Shown here: piece after piece, positions 1 through 13,695 of the stretch
Layout: the number at the start of each line of letters is the position of its first letter
Numbering within the stretch: the stretch's first letter is position 1
Assembly (NCBI RefSeq): GCF_038025025.1
Contig: NW_027117341.1
Span: 1,488,001-1,552,000, forward strand
DNA length: 64,000 nucleotides
From: Phyllosticta citribraziliensis
Lineage: Eukaryota
Direction: 5' to 3'
Position numbers and translations under genes: made by a program
The notes under the pieces: model-generated
Told to the model about the DNA's origin: nothing
Database searches by the model: none
What the model saw: only the letters and a program-made list of their open reading frames with translations

Positions 1-651
1 GACCCCTTCGCCCTGGCCCCCAGGCACTGGCGGCCCCTCCGCCCCAGCACGCACGCTCCCCTCACCTGACGTGCCTTTCGGCCTCACAACCGCCGGCGCA
101 GCCCCGGGCACCAGCACAACACGGGGCGGGCCATCGTCATCGCCATACCCGAACCCGTATCCCGCGTACCCTTACTCTCGCACCGGCAACTACACCTTCC
201 TCCAGCCCGAACTCTACCACCCGCCCTCTCCAAAGCCCACGCCGCACAACAGCAGCGGGTCGGGCGAGCTGAGCGGTCTCAGCACGCTCGACACGCGGCT
301 CGAGAGCGGCGACACGTGGGCGGGCGAGGTGCTGGGCGCCATGGGCAGCAGCAGCATCTTCGGCACCTATGGCGCCGGCAGCAGCGACGACGCCGCAGGC
401 TCGCCGTCGACAGGAGGCGGGGGTCATGGCAGCTTCGCGGCGGCGCGGTCTGCACAACAGCAGCAGCAGCACGGCTCGGCCAGCCTCCCGCGGTACGGCT
501 CGCGGCTGCAGGTCCCGAGTGCGGGCCTCGAGCCCCCCGAAGACAGCGGCAGTCCCCAGAGCGTGCAGTATGTGCCGCACGTGCACGATCCGGAGAGTAG
601 CGGCGACGAGGGGGAGAGGGACGTAGGCGCAGGCTTGCAGTTTGGCGGCGG

Positions 652-682
<31 letters not shown>

Positions 683-895
683 GGCGGTGGCATGGGCTTG
701 GGGTCGTCGGGGCTCGGCAACATTGCAGAGGAGATGAGTGGCGGGAGCGGCAACGAGGGGTTACTCGGCGGCGGCGCGGCAGGGGGTCAGGAGGCCATGG
801 GCATGGGCATGGGGCCCGGTCCCACGACCACCACCACGACGGAGGCTGGCAGCGCGAGTGGCAAGAGGCGGCTCACGGTGCGGAACGAGTTTTGA
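1..895 (+). CDS. 3' part of a hypothetical low-complexity (P/S/G/M-rich) protein, truncated by the window edge
   Basis: The frame is open from nt 2 to TGA at 893-895 with C/G-ending codon bias. It contains an (ATGGGC)n Gly-Met repeat and ends ...GKRRLTVRNEF. No domain recognised. Confidence 0.65.
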
Positions 896-3800
896 GCCCC
901 CCCGTCCGTCCAGCCGTCTGTCGTCCACCTACACCCCGACCAAACCTACCTAGCATGACGAGAGGCCCATGGGGGCCGCATGGCACGGAATAGCAATTGG
1001 GGATTGGACACAGCCTTGTCTGCGAAAAGGGGGTGTGCGATCTGCGATTCGATTGGTTGCTGGACGGGCGGCATGGAGTACTGAAACCCCAACCACCCCC
1101 ATATCCGCCACGGCTCCACGCTCCACACTCCAAACTCCGGTTTTTTTTTTTTTTTTTTTCCCGTCGTCGCTTTCCCTTGTTCATACGCCGGGACTGCGAG
1201 GCAGGCAGCTATCCGGCTGGCCTTGTTGCGAGCTCCTGGCCAAAAAGGTTTCCTCTCCAGATCAGTATCATCATTATCACGGCAAGGCGAATTCGCCTGG
1301 CACCGACAGCATCCATCTATTGCATCAAGTCAAAATTCCCAAATTCCCTTTCCCTGTTTCCTCCCCCTCCCCAATCTCCTTGCCTATCCACCACTCCAGC
1401 GTGTCTCTCCTTCTAAAAGGCCGTGTTTTTGCCATATCCTATTACTCTGTGGTACTATGTCCTTTGACTGCTCCTTCGCCCACATTTTCCCTCCTTGGAT
1501 TTTGGACCCCCCGTTTTTTGCATCTGTTTGGCGCACCGCACGCTCGCGTATCGGCTTTTCGGCCGCTTGGCTTTGAATGCTCCTTGCTAGCCAGCCTCTT
1601 CTTCTTCTTTTGTCGTTGTTGTTTTGGTGGTTGGATGGAGTCTTACTTGCCCTTCCTTTCGCCCATGTTGTTGAGATACCATACCACGAGACTAAACTGG
1701 CGGGGTCGAGGAGAGTGGAGGTGGCAAAGTAAATATGTAATCTACCCATCTATATACGCATGTGTGTATTCTCTCTAGCCACTAGGCGCTTCTCTCTGCC
1801 GCTGCTGAGACGGCAACTATTGATTGAATGAATGGATGGGCGGGTTTGGTTTGGTTTATCCGTGGTAACTACCTTTTGCTATTATTCTCGTGTGAGGTTG
1901 ATGCGGCGAAATTCTCGACAGGTGTTAGGATCCGTCTGTGCCGCTTCTCCGAGGGCTATTATGTATGTGTGGAGTGGGATTGGGAGTATGAGGGGCATGC
2001 GTCAGCGGTGATGTACTAGGTAGAGAAGAGAACGTGCGGGAGCATGCATGTATACGTCGGATCGACATGCTGTCGCATTTTACATTCCCGTCTCATGTAG
2101 CTGGCTAGCTGGCATTCTCGAGTCCCTTCTCCACATGAACATACATACTGTGTACCACCTACATGGCCACCTACGCACCCGCATTCAGTATCCCCATCCC
2201 CCTCATCCTCCCTTCCTACACCCCACAACTTTGGTAATGCACCCAGCCCCTCTACGACCCCAGCGCACCCCACGCGCCCCGCAGCATCTTCAGCGCCGAA
2301 CCGCATGTGTACGTATAGTAGTACTGTACTTGCATGCAGTTACGCTACAATATGTACACGCTAATGTAGGCTAGCTCTGTGTGTACGGTACCGGGTACCG
2401 ACGCTGCACCTAGGCATCTAGCATCCCTCGGTCCCACAAGGCCTGCCTGTCGCCGCCGCTTGCTTACTTCTGCCCTCGCACCTCTGACCTCTGACCTCGC
2501 ACATGTCTCGCACCGCACCGCACCGCAGCACCGTCCTCGCACAAGTCAACGCGTTGCTCGTACTTGTACACTGCAGTGTGTACAGTACCGCGGAACTGAG
2601 CCGACCGCGCCGCCATCCATACATACAGAGCATACCAAAGTACACCACCCATGCCGCCTGCGCCTACAGCACCACCTACGGAGCACTGCTCCCTGACGCC
2701 GCGCCAGGAACGCGACAGGGAGACAGGGAGGAGGGCGCTGGGTACATGCCTGGCGGGTGGCGGGCGGGCGGGCAGACAGGCGGCGCGGATGCCTAGGTAA
2801 GGTATGCTGGTACTCATTCATCTAAGAGAGTTGCGCGCAATTCGAGGTGCCTGGTAGGGCTACTGGGTATGGGGGGTGGAGAGGCGGGAGGGGGATTGCG
2901 TAATATCGCGGGCCTTGGATGAGGCTGGGTTGTGCGTGTCGCGGGATGGGTCTTCAAAGGGTAAGTACTGTACGAAGAAGTAAAGCTGGGGTTGGGCGCT
3001 CAGCGAGGTCAAGGGCTCATTATTTTGTTGGAGTGGGGCGTGGCAATTTGCGGAGGGCGAGGCGAGGCGAGCACGGCAAGTAGTGTTGTAAACAGACAGC
3101 TGTCCGGCCGTGGTGGTGGACGGCAAAAAGATGGATGCGAGAGGCGGAGATTGTTCGACTGCTTGACTGAGCTGACGCGTGTGACAGCGATTCCTCCCGA
3201 ACCTGAGCCCCGTCCCGTCTGTCGTCTTGGCGTCTGGGTGGTGTCTGGCGCGTCGCGTCGCGTCGTCCAGTGGGGGTGTTGGTGGTGGTGGTGCAGCGGC
3301 TGCGGTTCGCCGGCAAGCCGTCACACCAAGGCCGACAGCCAGACTGACACACAAAGACCACGCGCGGACGGTGACAGCTGGCGAGAAGTCCAGAAAGGGC
3401 GCACAAGGTGGCTTTCGGTCCCTCCAGCAACATGGCAAGCGAGCCGTGCCACGACGGAGCGACGAGCTGGATTTGAATGGGTATGTAATCGGACGAGAGG
3501 AGCCAGGCCAGTTGGTGATGTGCTGAGCCAGGTGAGGTGCACACCGCATCGGCGCACGAGCGCCTCCAACTGCCTGACGTGAAGTGGCCATTATCTGAAC
3601 GGCCGCTGTCTCAGCGTCGTCGAATGAGACTGCGTTTCTTTTTTTTTTCCCCCGTCGTGGCTTGGACGACTTTTCTTCGCGGCTCTGCGGTTGGTTTGGA
3701 GCGAGGTCCCGGGGTGATCCAGGTCTCGGCCTCAACGTCGTCTCGTCACATTTGATGTCTCTCTGTTTTCAGAAATTGACGATGGCTTCTGTCCGATGAG

Positions 3801-4122
3801 CTGTTCGGCGTGGATCCGTCGTGGCTGGCCTTGATTGGAGCTGCAGCACGAGCCCAAGCGCCCCCGCTGGCTGGCGGTTTCCAGTTCCAGTCCTCACCAC
3901 CAGGGCAGGGCTCTGCTCCGGTTGCTGGCAGCAGCTGGCAGACTGGAGCTCCCGTTGCAGCTGCAGCATGGGTTCGATACATGTATTGTCGCGTTGGTTG
4001 TGTTTAAACGCGTCGTGCCCGCTGTTGTGCAAAGAGACACAAGAACAATACTCAAGACTTGAGAGAACCACTCTCGTGCTCCATCACAGAAGCTTGGACC
4101 CCGGGGACCCGCACACGACGCA

Positions 4123-7100
4123 ATGACGAGCCTGTGGAAAAGCCGGCGCAGCACCGAGTAAGCAACCTAAACACCATTCACCTCTCCGCTGCTCCCTCGA
4201 TCCATCCCGCAAATTTTTCTACTGCTTCTTCCTCCTCCTCCCTCTTCCCTGCCCTGCCCTGCCCTTATCCTCGCCTCGCCTCCTAGCCCATCAGGCCGCC
4301 AGTCCATCTTGTTTACCTTTGTTGTCACACGACAGAGACGTCCACCCGTCCGCCGCCTCGCGAGATCCCTCTCCCTCCAAAAAGTCCGTCACCGACTCGA
4401 TACCCACCTCTCCTCGCACCACCTCCTCTCCCAACCTCTTTACTCCTCCCGCTCGCAAACGCCGCGGAAGCAGAGCTGCTCTCAGCACAATCAACTCGGT
4501 TGGTTACGAGCTTGAACAAGACGCCGTAGACCTTTTGAGCCAGACCGACGGAGCCTCTTCCCGTCCTCCAAAGGAACCTTTGCCGAGTCCCAGTGCCCGC
4601 CAAAGCCCACCCAGTGCTCCCGCTCCGCAAACCCTTGTTCGGAGCCCATCCACCCGCTCCAAAGTCCCCTTGGCTCGCACCCCATCTCTGCTGCTCAAGC
4701 GAATACAAAGCATCGAGCAGCCAAAGTCCAAGCCCCTACCCCCCGCACCGCAACCCCGTCCAGCAAACCCCCCGCGCGAACACTCCAAACGCAACATGTT
4801 CCGCTACTTTTTCGGAGCCAAGGCGGAAGATGCCGCCGGCCCCGCCGAAGACCACGCTCGCAAGGATTCCCTGACCCCGGAGCAGGACCTCGAAAACAAG
4901 CTCCAGCTGCTGCAGAAGAAGCTCGACGAGACCAACGCCGCTCTGAGCGCCCGCGACGCCGAGGTCTCGACGCTGCAGAACCGCGCCGAGGAGCTGGCTG
5001 CCGACTACAAGATCAAGGAGGCGGCTCTGGTCCAGCAAAAGTCTGCCCTCGAGGAGCACATGGTTAGCGTTGTCGTGCAGCAGATTACCGACGCACGCAA
5101 GGCCGAGAGGGACACTGTCCAGGAGGGTCTCGAGAAGGAGTACAACTCCAAGCTGGTAAGCCTGTTCTATTCTTGGTGGCGAGATTTTTTTTTTTTTTTT
5201 GTCCTTCCCTCTGACGCAAAGTAGGACGCCATCCAACATGAACACGAGGCCAAAATCACTGCCCTGATCCGCGACCACGACGCCACCAAATACTCGTCCG
5301 AGTCTCTTAAGACGGATCTCGACGCCCAGATCGAGAAGCTCAAGGCCGACATTGAGGAAGTCTCGGCCAAGCACGTCGCCGCCGAGTCCAAGGTGTCGGA
5401 GGCGGAACTCCAGCTTGCCTCTCTTCGGGAAGAATCTGCCAAGGCAGTCGAGGAGGCCAATGCTGCAAAGGACGCCATCAAGGCCGAGCTCGAGGAGAAG
5501 ATATCTTCCATCTCTACTGAACTCGCCTCTGCCCAGTGCGACCTGTCTGCCGCCCGCGATGAGGCTGCTGAACGTGCCGCCAAGCACGATGCTCTCCAGG
5601 AGGAGGCCAGGCGCCTGCAGGAGGAGGCTTCCACCGCTTCTTCCCAGCTTGAGGCTCAACTCAAGTCCCTGGAGGCCGACCTTACCAACGCCAAGAGCGA
5701 AATCGAGTCGACGTCTACCAACCACCAGCAGGCGTCTGAGCAGGCTGCTGCTGCCCTCACCGAGGCCCAGAATGCTACCGAGGAGCTCCGTTCCAAGATT
5801 GCCACCCTCGAGAGCGATCTTCAGCAAGAAAAGACCAACCTTGAGCAGCAGATCAAGTCACACGAGGCCGAAAAGGAGACGAACTCGGCCGCCCTTGCCG
5901 AAGCTCAGTCCAAGATTGAGGAGACGGCCACGGAGCTCGAGGAGTTGCGGCTGGAGCTCAACGAGACAGAGCAGCGCCTTGCCGTGAAGCAGGCGGAACA
6001 CGAGCATGTGCAAAGTGAGCTCGCTGGCAAGAGCGTCGAGGTGTCGTCTCTGGTCGCCGCCATTGAGGCTGAAAAGTCCGCTCACGGCCAAACCCGCTCT
6101 GCTCACGAGTCCACCCAGCAAGAGATTGAGGCTCTCAAGGCCGCCGTCGACGCCAAGGCGGCTGAACTGGACGCTGAGAAGGAGGCCTCCGCCACCAAGG
6201 CTGCCGAACTTGAGAGCCGACTTGCTGAGGCCGAGTCGGCAAAGGATGCCGCCAACGCCAAGGCATCGGAACTGGAGAGTAAGGTGGCGGAACTCGAGGC
6301 TTCCAAGGAGGCTGCGGACGCCAAGGTGGCTGAACTGGAAGCGTCCAAGGACGCTGCTTTGGCCAAGGTTACTGAGCTGGAGAGCAAGAACTCGGAGCTC
6401 GAGTCTTCCAAGACTTCTGCCGAAGACAAGGCTTCTGAATTGGAAGGCAAGGTGTCGTCTCTCGAGTCCCAGGTCGCTACCCTCACCGCCGAGAACGAGA
6501 CCTTTTCTGCGGCGAAGAATGAGTTGGAGGTCAAGGTTTCCGAGCTCAACGCCTCCGTCGAGCAACATGCCACGAGCAAGACTGAGCTGGACAACAAGGT
6601 CGCAGAACTCACCGCAGAGATTGAGTCCCACGTCTCTTCAAAGGCCGAGTTTGAGGCAAAGATCACCGAGCTCAACTCGTCCATCGAACAGCACACTGCC
6701 AGCAAGTCTGAGATCGAGGCCAAGGTCGCCGATCTCTCTCGGGAAATCGAGACGCACACCACCAGCAAGACGGAGCTCGAGTCGAAGGTTGAGGAACTCA
6801 ACAAGGCCGTCGAGCAGCACGCGTCGTCCAAGGCCGAGGTTGAGGCTCAAGTTGCCTCGCTGACGGCCGAAGTCGAGTCCCACGCCACCGCGAAGAACGA
6901 GCTCGAGTCGGCGCACGCTCAGACCAAGAAGGAGCTCGACGACATCTCTACCGAGCACAGCACCGCCAAGGAGACGGTCTCCAAGCTCGAGGAACAGCTC
7001 AAGGAGGCAGCACAGACGGAGGAGAAGCTCTCGGCCGCCGAGCAGCGCGCCACCGCCGCCGAGTCGGCAAAGGAGCAGCTCGAGGCACAGATCAAGGATG

Positions 7101-7630
7101 TCGAGAGCCAGCTGGAGCAGCTGCCGACGCTCAAGTCGGACCTGGAGGCTCTGACTGCCGAGAAGTCGGCGCTTGCCAGCCAGCTCGAGTCGGCGCAGTC
7201 GGCGCAGCAGCAGGCACAGGACAAGCTCGACGAGGCGCTCGCCGCGCAGTCGGCTGCCGAGTCGCGCGCCCGCGAGGCCGAAGACACGGCTGCGGCTGCC
7301 AAGTCGGCGTCTGAGAACCTCGAGGCCCAGCTCGTGTCCGCGCAAGAGGAGAAGAGCGCCGCGGCCGAGCAGCTGTCGTCTGCCGAGTCGGCGAAGGCGG
7401 CGGCCGAGTCCAAGGCCGAGGCCGCGGAGCAAAAGGTCAAGGAGGTCGAGGAGGCGGTCAAGGCCGTCGAGGTCGTCGTCCAGCAGAAGGAGGAGCGCGT
7501 CAAGGCTGTTGAGGGCCAGAAGAAGGCGCTGGAGGAGAAGGTTGAGAGCCTGGAGCGGGAGGTTGAGGAGACCAAGGTCGAGGCGAAGGAGGACGTTAAG
7601 GAGGCTAAGGAGGAGGCGAAGGACGAGTAG
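4123..7630 (+). CDS. Long coiled-coil (myosin-tail-like) protein with P/S-rich N-terminus; 3 exons (4123-4157, 4336-5155, 5225-7630)
   Basis: E/K/A/L heptad-rich ORF 5393-7630 joins upstream through intron 5156-5224 (GTAAGC...CTGAC...TAG). A phase-compatible intron 4158-4335 (GTAAGC...CAG) links an ATG at 4123. An alternative in-frame ATG lies at 4796. Confidence 0.8.
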
Positions 7631-7958
7631 ATGTGCTGTTGATTGCACACATCTTGCATTCGACCGAACACGGCGTCAGTCTTCTTTCCTCCTGGACTCC
7701 ATCCATCCGTCCATCCCTTGGAACCACCTTCATCACGGCGTTGGATCGAACACCTACCTACCTGAAGCATCAGCCGGCGAGCTGTTGGACCGGACGGACG
7801 GACGGACGTCTGTCTGTCTCATTGACCCAAATACCTACCTACCTACTCTTCGTCTTGCGTCCACCTCTGCTCATACTACCTCCTCACTTGGAACCTACGT
7901 TCCGTTGTACAAACCTGTACACCTACACCTACACACCTACACTCCTCAAAACAAACTC

Positions 7959-8013
7959 CTCTCTCCCTCTCTCTCTCTCCCTCTCTCTCTCTCCCTCTCT
8001 CTCTCTCCCTCTC
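7959..8013. repeat. (CT)n-rich microsatellite
   Basis: Imperfect CT dinucleotide run downstream of the coiled-coil gene. Confidence 0.9.
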
Positions 8014-8580
8014 TACACTCTCCTCTCGACTATACAAATACAAACACAAACCACTCGACTCGATGAACGCACGACACGAACGAACGGGTGGACGGGCTAA
8101 TGGCTTGGACGAACGGACGGACGGGCATGGGAACGCGTGTACTACGCATGGCATGGATCGACGCATTGATCGATGCATGAGGGATAGCAGGGCGGGCGGT
8201 CTTTTTTTTTTTTTTTTTTTCTTTTTCTGCGTTTTTCTCTTCTCCTGTTATTCAGCTTTTCTCTCGTTTCTCTCGTTTCGTGTTTGCCCGCCATGGGAGC
8301 TGCGTGTGGCATGGAATCAGGCGAGCTAGCGAGCCGTGTCGTCGTTTTTGTTGGTAGTGGGAGGAGACAGACGAGGAATGACGATGATTAGGGGGGGAGA
8401 TGGGAAAAGACGCGAGCAGGCAAGCAGATAGACGGTCGTTGCTTGGGTTGACGAGTGGAATCGAACTGAATCCACATCATGTGGGTTAGACCTGATTGTT
8501 GCTGTTGCCTTTCTTGCGTGTGATGGGAGTGATGGTCAAGTCAAGGCAGTGACGAAGTGGCAGTAGACAGAAAAGCACGC

Positions 8581-8582
<2 letters not shown>

Positions 8583-8612
<30 letters not shown>
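8583..8612. repeat. (AG)15 microsatellite
   Basis: Perfect AG run. Confidence 0.95.
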
Positions 8613-8615
<3 letters not shown>

Positions 8616-9150
8616 TCAGGCCGGCTTGCGTTGGTGTTGGTTGTTCGCTGCAAAGAAGTTAGATACCTTACATGTACATATACATCTGCCCACCTGCCTC
8701 TCCCAATGTCCCTACTACTCCCCAATTAACTCCCTTTCTACTAGTCCTATACATCTACCCGTAACTAAATACCTACCTGTACCTTGCAATATAAGCTGGC
8801 GATGGGAAGTGCAAGGCAAACAGGAGAGGAGAGGAGAAGAGTGAATGAGACCAGATGGATGGGTGCGTGACATTTTTGAGATGTGAGATGAGTGAGACAC
8901 ACAGATTAGACGTGCAAGAAAGCAAGAGAGAGAAATTGATGCACTCGGTCCACTACTACCGGTATCCCGCACTGCGCTGCCTGCCCCGTCCCGTCTTGCC
9001 TGTCAAGAGCTCTATTTACAACGCACCGCAACGCAGCACAAACGCCTGCCAGCCAACAAAACGCCGGTCATCCAACGCAGTCCCAAAAAGCGCCAGCCAG
9101 CCGGATGCAACACATCACCTCACCCCCTCCTATCCCACCAACAAACTCCA

Positions 9151-12100
9151 CTACGCAGCAGCATCACCCTCATAAGTCCACCCGCCATCCTTCATCATAC
9201 GCTCCCTCGCCTCACGATCCCTCTTCCGCTCATCCTCCGTAAGGCGATCACTACCACTCCAATTCGCCGAGCTCGTGCGATCGCGGAAGCGCTTATGGCG
9301 CTCCTTATTCTTGAAAATCTCCTCCATCTGCAGCGGCGCGATGGGGCCAAACACCTCCATCGGGTCGACGAGCTGCTGTTGGGTCAGGAGGTCGCGCAGC
9401 GCCGGCGAGTTGACCCAGCTGGGCGCGCGGAAGCCCGCCGCCGCGCCGTTGCCGCCGTCCGAGTCTGAGTCCGAGTCTTCCGAGTCGGTGGCGATTTCGG
9501 GGAGTTCGGGGGTGGGGAAGTGCGGGGAGGCGGTCTTGACGGTCGATGTTGTCGTTTTGCCCATTGGGGTTTTGAAGGTTTGTTGGCTGGAGGAGCTCGC
9601 CGCGGCAGAGGGTGGGGGGTCGGCAAAGGGGATCTTGGCCTTGGAAATGGTGGCCATGTCGTTGGGGTGGCCGGCGGCGGGTCTGGTGTGGGCGGCATGG
9701 TGCTGCGCCGTGACCGTCTGCTTCAGCATGGAAGAGGGCTGGTTATGAGAACCCGATGAAGCGGCAGACATGTAGCCGTGCGAGTATTTGTTCGGCCCGT
9801 CCTTGGCCTTGTCGATGACGGACATGATGCGATCGCGCTCGGGGTATAGCTTGCGGACGTTGGATTGGCGGATGGGCGGCGCCATCATCGAACGCCTGGC
9901 GTCCGTCGCCTCCTCGTCCTCATCCGTCTTTCGTCGCTTGGCGTCGAGACGTTGGAAAGTGGGAGCATTGCGTTGCACCTGCGGGCGGGAGACGGTCTCC
10001 TCGTCGTCCGGCTGGAAGACTCGTTTGGCGGGTTTGGCAGGATTGACAGGCCGATTGAGACCAAAGTCCTGGACCGTGTTCATCCTCGACACAGGCCTTG
10101 CTCCGGCCATGTCGCCCCTGGGATAGGACTGAAGAGTCTTGGACTTTTCATGCTGCAGTTGCGTGGCCTGAAACGATCAATATCAGACCCGCGATCGAGA
10201 TTCAGCATGAGACTTACCAGGTCATTCGCCTGCCTGCTCGCGGCTTGAGACCGCATCTGCTCCTGCTTCCGAGCCTCCGCAGCCAGCGCCTGTCTGTTGG
10301 CAGCGCGCTTCGCCTCCTGAGCGCGCTTCTGCTCCTCAGCTTTCCTCTGAGCTTCGGCACGGCGCTCTTCCTCTGCCCTTCGGCGTTCCTCCTCAGCTTT
10401 GGCCAGTTTTGCCGCGCGTTGCTGCTCGATCTGGCGTTTCTTCTCGGCCTTGCGCTGGGCCTCACGCTCCTCCCTTTCTTTGTTCTTTGCTGCAAGAGCG
10501 AGCGAATTCGGCTTGGCGACAGGGGCGCCAGACGGTCCTATACTCCTGCTAAATGAATTTGTGGCTGATTCGGTGGCCGGCTTCGAGGCGGGAGCGAGAG
10601 TTCCGTGCAGAGACTTGGACAAATCCGCATTCGTAGGCTGGCCCCTCTGGGAACCAAGACCGACCTTGATGTGCGTTCTAGGCTTGGGGATGGATTCTTT
10701 GCTGGGCTTTACCAGCCTGCTTCTTGGCTCTTTCAGCTTCTGGGTTCCAGTCGCAGAAGGCTGAGCCTTTGGCGCCTGTGTGGCCGGCGCCTCGTCTTCA
10801 GACATTTGCTCTTCCTCGTTGGAAGCAACAGGCTCGGCACGAATGGATGCATCAGGCCGAGAATTAGCAGCAGCCTTCTTTGCGGACTTGGCAGCGTGCT
10901 TTTCCTTTTCCTTGTTAGCAGTTTCGGTGGCCCGCTTTCTTTCCTGCTCCCGCAGCTTCTCGAGTTCTTCCCCTGCTCGTCGCTTCTCCTGGGCCTCCTT
11001 CTCTCTCTTCTCCTCGCGCTCAAAAGATGCGCGAGTCCTCCGTACAGGAGTTTCAGCCGCGCCTTGACGGTGTGCTGGGGGAGCAGTGTTCACTGGCTTG
11101 TCAAAAACCGAGGACAGAGGACGGCGAGAGCTAGAGACTTCTTCCATAGGCGGCACATTTTGCTTGAGACGCATAGTAGCGGGTGACAGAGCCTCCATCT
11201 TCGCCTGAGCACTGACACCAGCACTACTGGCAAAAATGCTCTTTGCAGACTTCAAAACAGAGTAGAACTTGCTCTTTGCGCTCTGCGTTCCTTCCGCAGC
11301 TCTCTGAGGGGATCCAAACGGAGTGCTGGCGTCTGCAGGCGTGCCAAAGTCGGAAGCACAGCCAGAACTGCGGCGCTGCTTGGCAAACTCAACATGGTTT
11401 GTAGTGACCTTGGCTGGCGACTGGTAGTCAGGGACAGTCTTGGATCTAGCAAGACCCAGCTGGGGCTTGGCCGGGGAGCCTGCAGACGATGATGGACGAT
11501 CACTTTCTTCGGGCAAGTCTTCGTCCAGAGCACCGATGCTCGACTTGTCATGGACGTCTTCCATAACGTCCACAGATTGGCTCTTGCGAAGGGCTGGGCG
11601 CTGAGGACCTGCTGGCAGCGGCTTTGAAACTGGCGCGATCCAGTCATCCTCCTCCTCATCCTCTTCCTGGGTCTCTGGTACTGGGCTGGGTTCCTTTGCT
11701 TGAAATTTCTTAGTCTTCTCCGCAGTCTCGCTGGTTTCCACAAATGGCAACTGAGGGTAGTTTGGCTCCTGGGATCCGAGGGTAGAAGGAATTGATTTTG
11801 ACGATCTGGGCTCCTTGGATTGGGCTAGCATGTTGATGCGTTCGTGCAGGCGTTGGGTCGAAGTCTTGCTATGCAACTTGGAAGCCTCTGGGTCTTCAGA
11901 TTCGGCCACAGATTTCTCTGCTTCATCTTCAACAGCGCCGTGAAGAATGGCATGCGACCCACCAAGGCTTTTACCGCCGGTGAGCCTACCAATATAGCTG
12001 TTACGTGCTCCAGCCTGACTGATCCGCGAGCCTTGGCTACCCATGCTCTTCTTCAACGGCTCTCGAGCTGGAAGGGCCGAGAATGTGATGCTGCTCTTGC

Positions 12101-13209
12101 GGAAAAACGGTTTCTCGGGGCTTGATGGCTCCGATGGCGTCTTTGCGCCGTCACCTTCCATTTCTTCTGGTTGCGTGTTTTCAACGGGCTCTTCTTCGGG
12201 TTCTGCGGGCTCTTCGGGCTCTTCAGGCTCATCAGCCTCCTCGAGCTCCTCTGCCTCCTCCTCGGGCTCATCTTCCTGCTGCTCCGCGCGCATGATTGAA
12301 TTGAGCGCCGAGGCCGTGTGGTCACCGACACTGTACTGCGGTGATTTCTGCATCGACTTTTCTTGGGGAACTGGAGATTCGTCCGGTTGTGTCGGGACCA
12401 GATCCATTTCGTCTTCCTGTGCGGTCATGTTTTCGTCGTCGCTTTCTTCCTTGGATGGTGTTGCATTCGCGTTTTCTTCTTCGTCTTCGACATTTTCAGC
12501 GGCCGACACAAACGACGCCGACGCCGACTTTGTGGTCATGTTCATCTCGGGTTGCTTGAGCGGGGATGACCGAGCTGACTTCGCAGGGCTTTCTTTTCTT
12601 GGGCTGGCCATTACCACTTCTTCGTGGTCGACCTCCATTTCATCCTCCGTCATGCCGTGGTAGCCAGAATCTCCAGGACGCACTGGATTTGTGGTGTTGT
12701 TTGCTTCGGATGTAGACTGCGATGGGGACTGCATGGAGGGCTCGGGGTCTTCGGCGATCTGAATCTGTTCCACTTGCTTGTAGAACTGGGTTTGAGGAGC
12801 TGGGCTGGGCGGGACGGCGAGATTCGGAGCGAAAATATCGGTCAATGGCTGCAACCAGATTAGATGCGCGACCCAAGGGTCAAAATTTGGGTACGTACTG
12901 CTCTTGTTTCCAGCGGATTTTTCTTGCGAGCTGTGCGAGGAGTCTTCCCCCGCAGCTTGCCAGGCGTTTTGAACACATCTGCGACATCTCTAAAGGCCCG
13001 TGTCAGTTGCAAATTCCCAGTGAGATGGAAGTCTGCGCTTACACTTGGTTCTGGCTGAAGATGTCTGCCATGTGTTCGTTCAACCACTCGAGCTCATTGC
13101 GAACAGAGTAGGAAAACTCCTCAGCCTCCTGTTCCACAAACTGGTCGACCTGCTGGCGTTCGTTCAAAATCCATGGCGCAGAGCCGACGGCGACCTTGTT
13201 GCGCGACAT
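9151..13209 (-). CDS. Inner centromere protein INCENP (Sli15/Pic1-like), chromosomal passenger complex
   Basis: C-terminal IN-box (ELPEIATDSEDSD...PSWVNSPALRDLLTQQQLVDPMEVFG...RFRDRTSSANWSG) and a charged single-helix region. N-terminus MSRNKVAVGSAPW...ELEWLNEHMADIF starts at ATG 13209. Introns lie near 13042-12990, 12898-12849 and 10217-10168. Confidence 0.92.
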
Positions 13210-13695
13210 GTCCACGGTGTCGAATGGGAGGTGCGAGGCGCTTCACAGGACGGAGGCGCTGGTCGACGCGTCGTCGAAGAGTGACGGCGTGGCGATCGGG
13301 AAGGTCGAAAGAATTCGGATGCGACTATGGGTGCATGGCCATGCGTGATTCGCGGTCGCTGACGGATTATGCGGCGGTTGCTGGGTGGTGAGCAATGTCG
13401 AGGTTCGTTGTTTGGGCGAGTCGGCGGACCAAAACAAAGCCAAGACCGCGCGCGGGCGCTAACAGCTGGCTGCACGTGACCGTCAGCATCCCCGCCAAAC
13501 CTCGTTCTTCCGTTCCGGAAATGGCATCAAATCCACCATGACGACACCTCATGCGCTTCAATTGACATGTCCGACATCGGACCAGACGGGAATAACCATA
13601 TACCTTATTACCATCCCGCCTCTCTTGACAGGTTTCTGTATTTCTCCAACTCTGAAGAGCACTGATCTTACACAGTCGAGTCCCCAATCAACACC

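Noticed and set aside
2860..3735. 291-aa minus-strand ORF and other intergenic ORFs (969-1778, 35119-35985)
   Set aside because: They lack host codon bias, run through homopolymers and microsatellites, and show no protein motifs.
3961..3990. GGTTCGAT, a tRNA T-loop-like word
   Set aside because: No proper T-stem, acceptor stem or cloverleaf.
4736..7770. Long antisense ORFs over the coiled-coil gene (also over PGI1, uaY, SNU71-like and MRP21)
   Set aside because: These are shadow frames from high GC3 codon bias with no recognisable domains.
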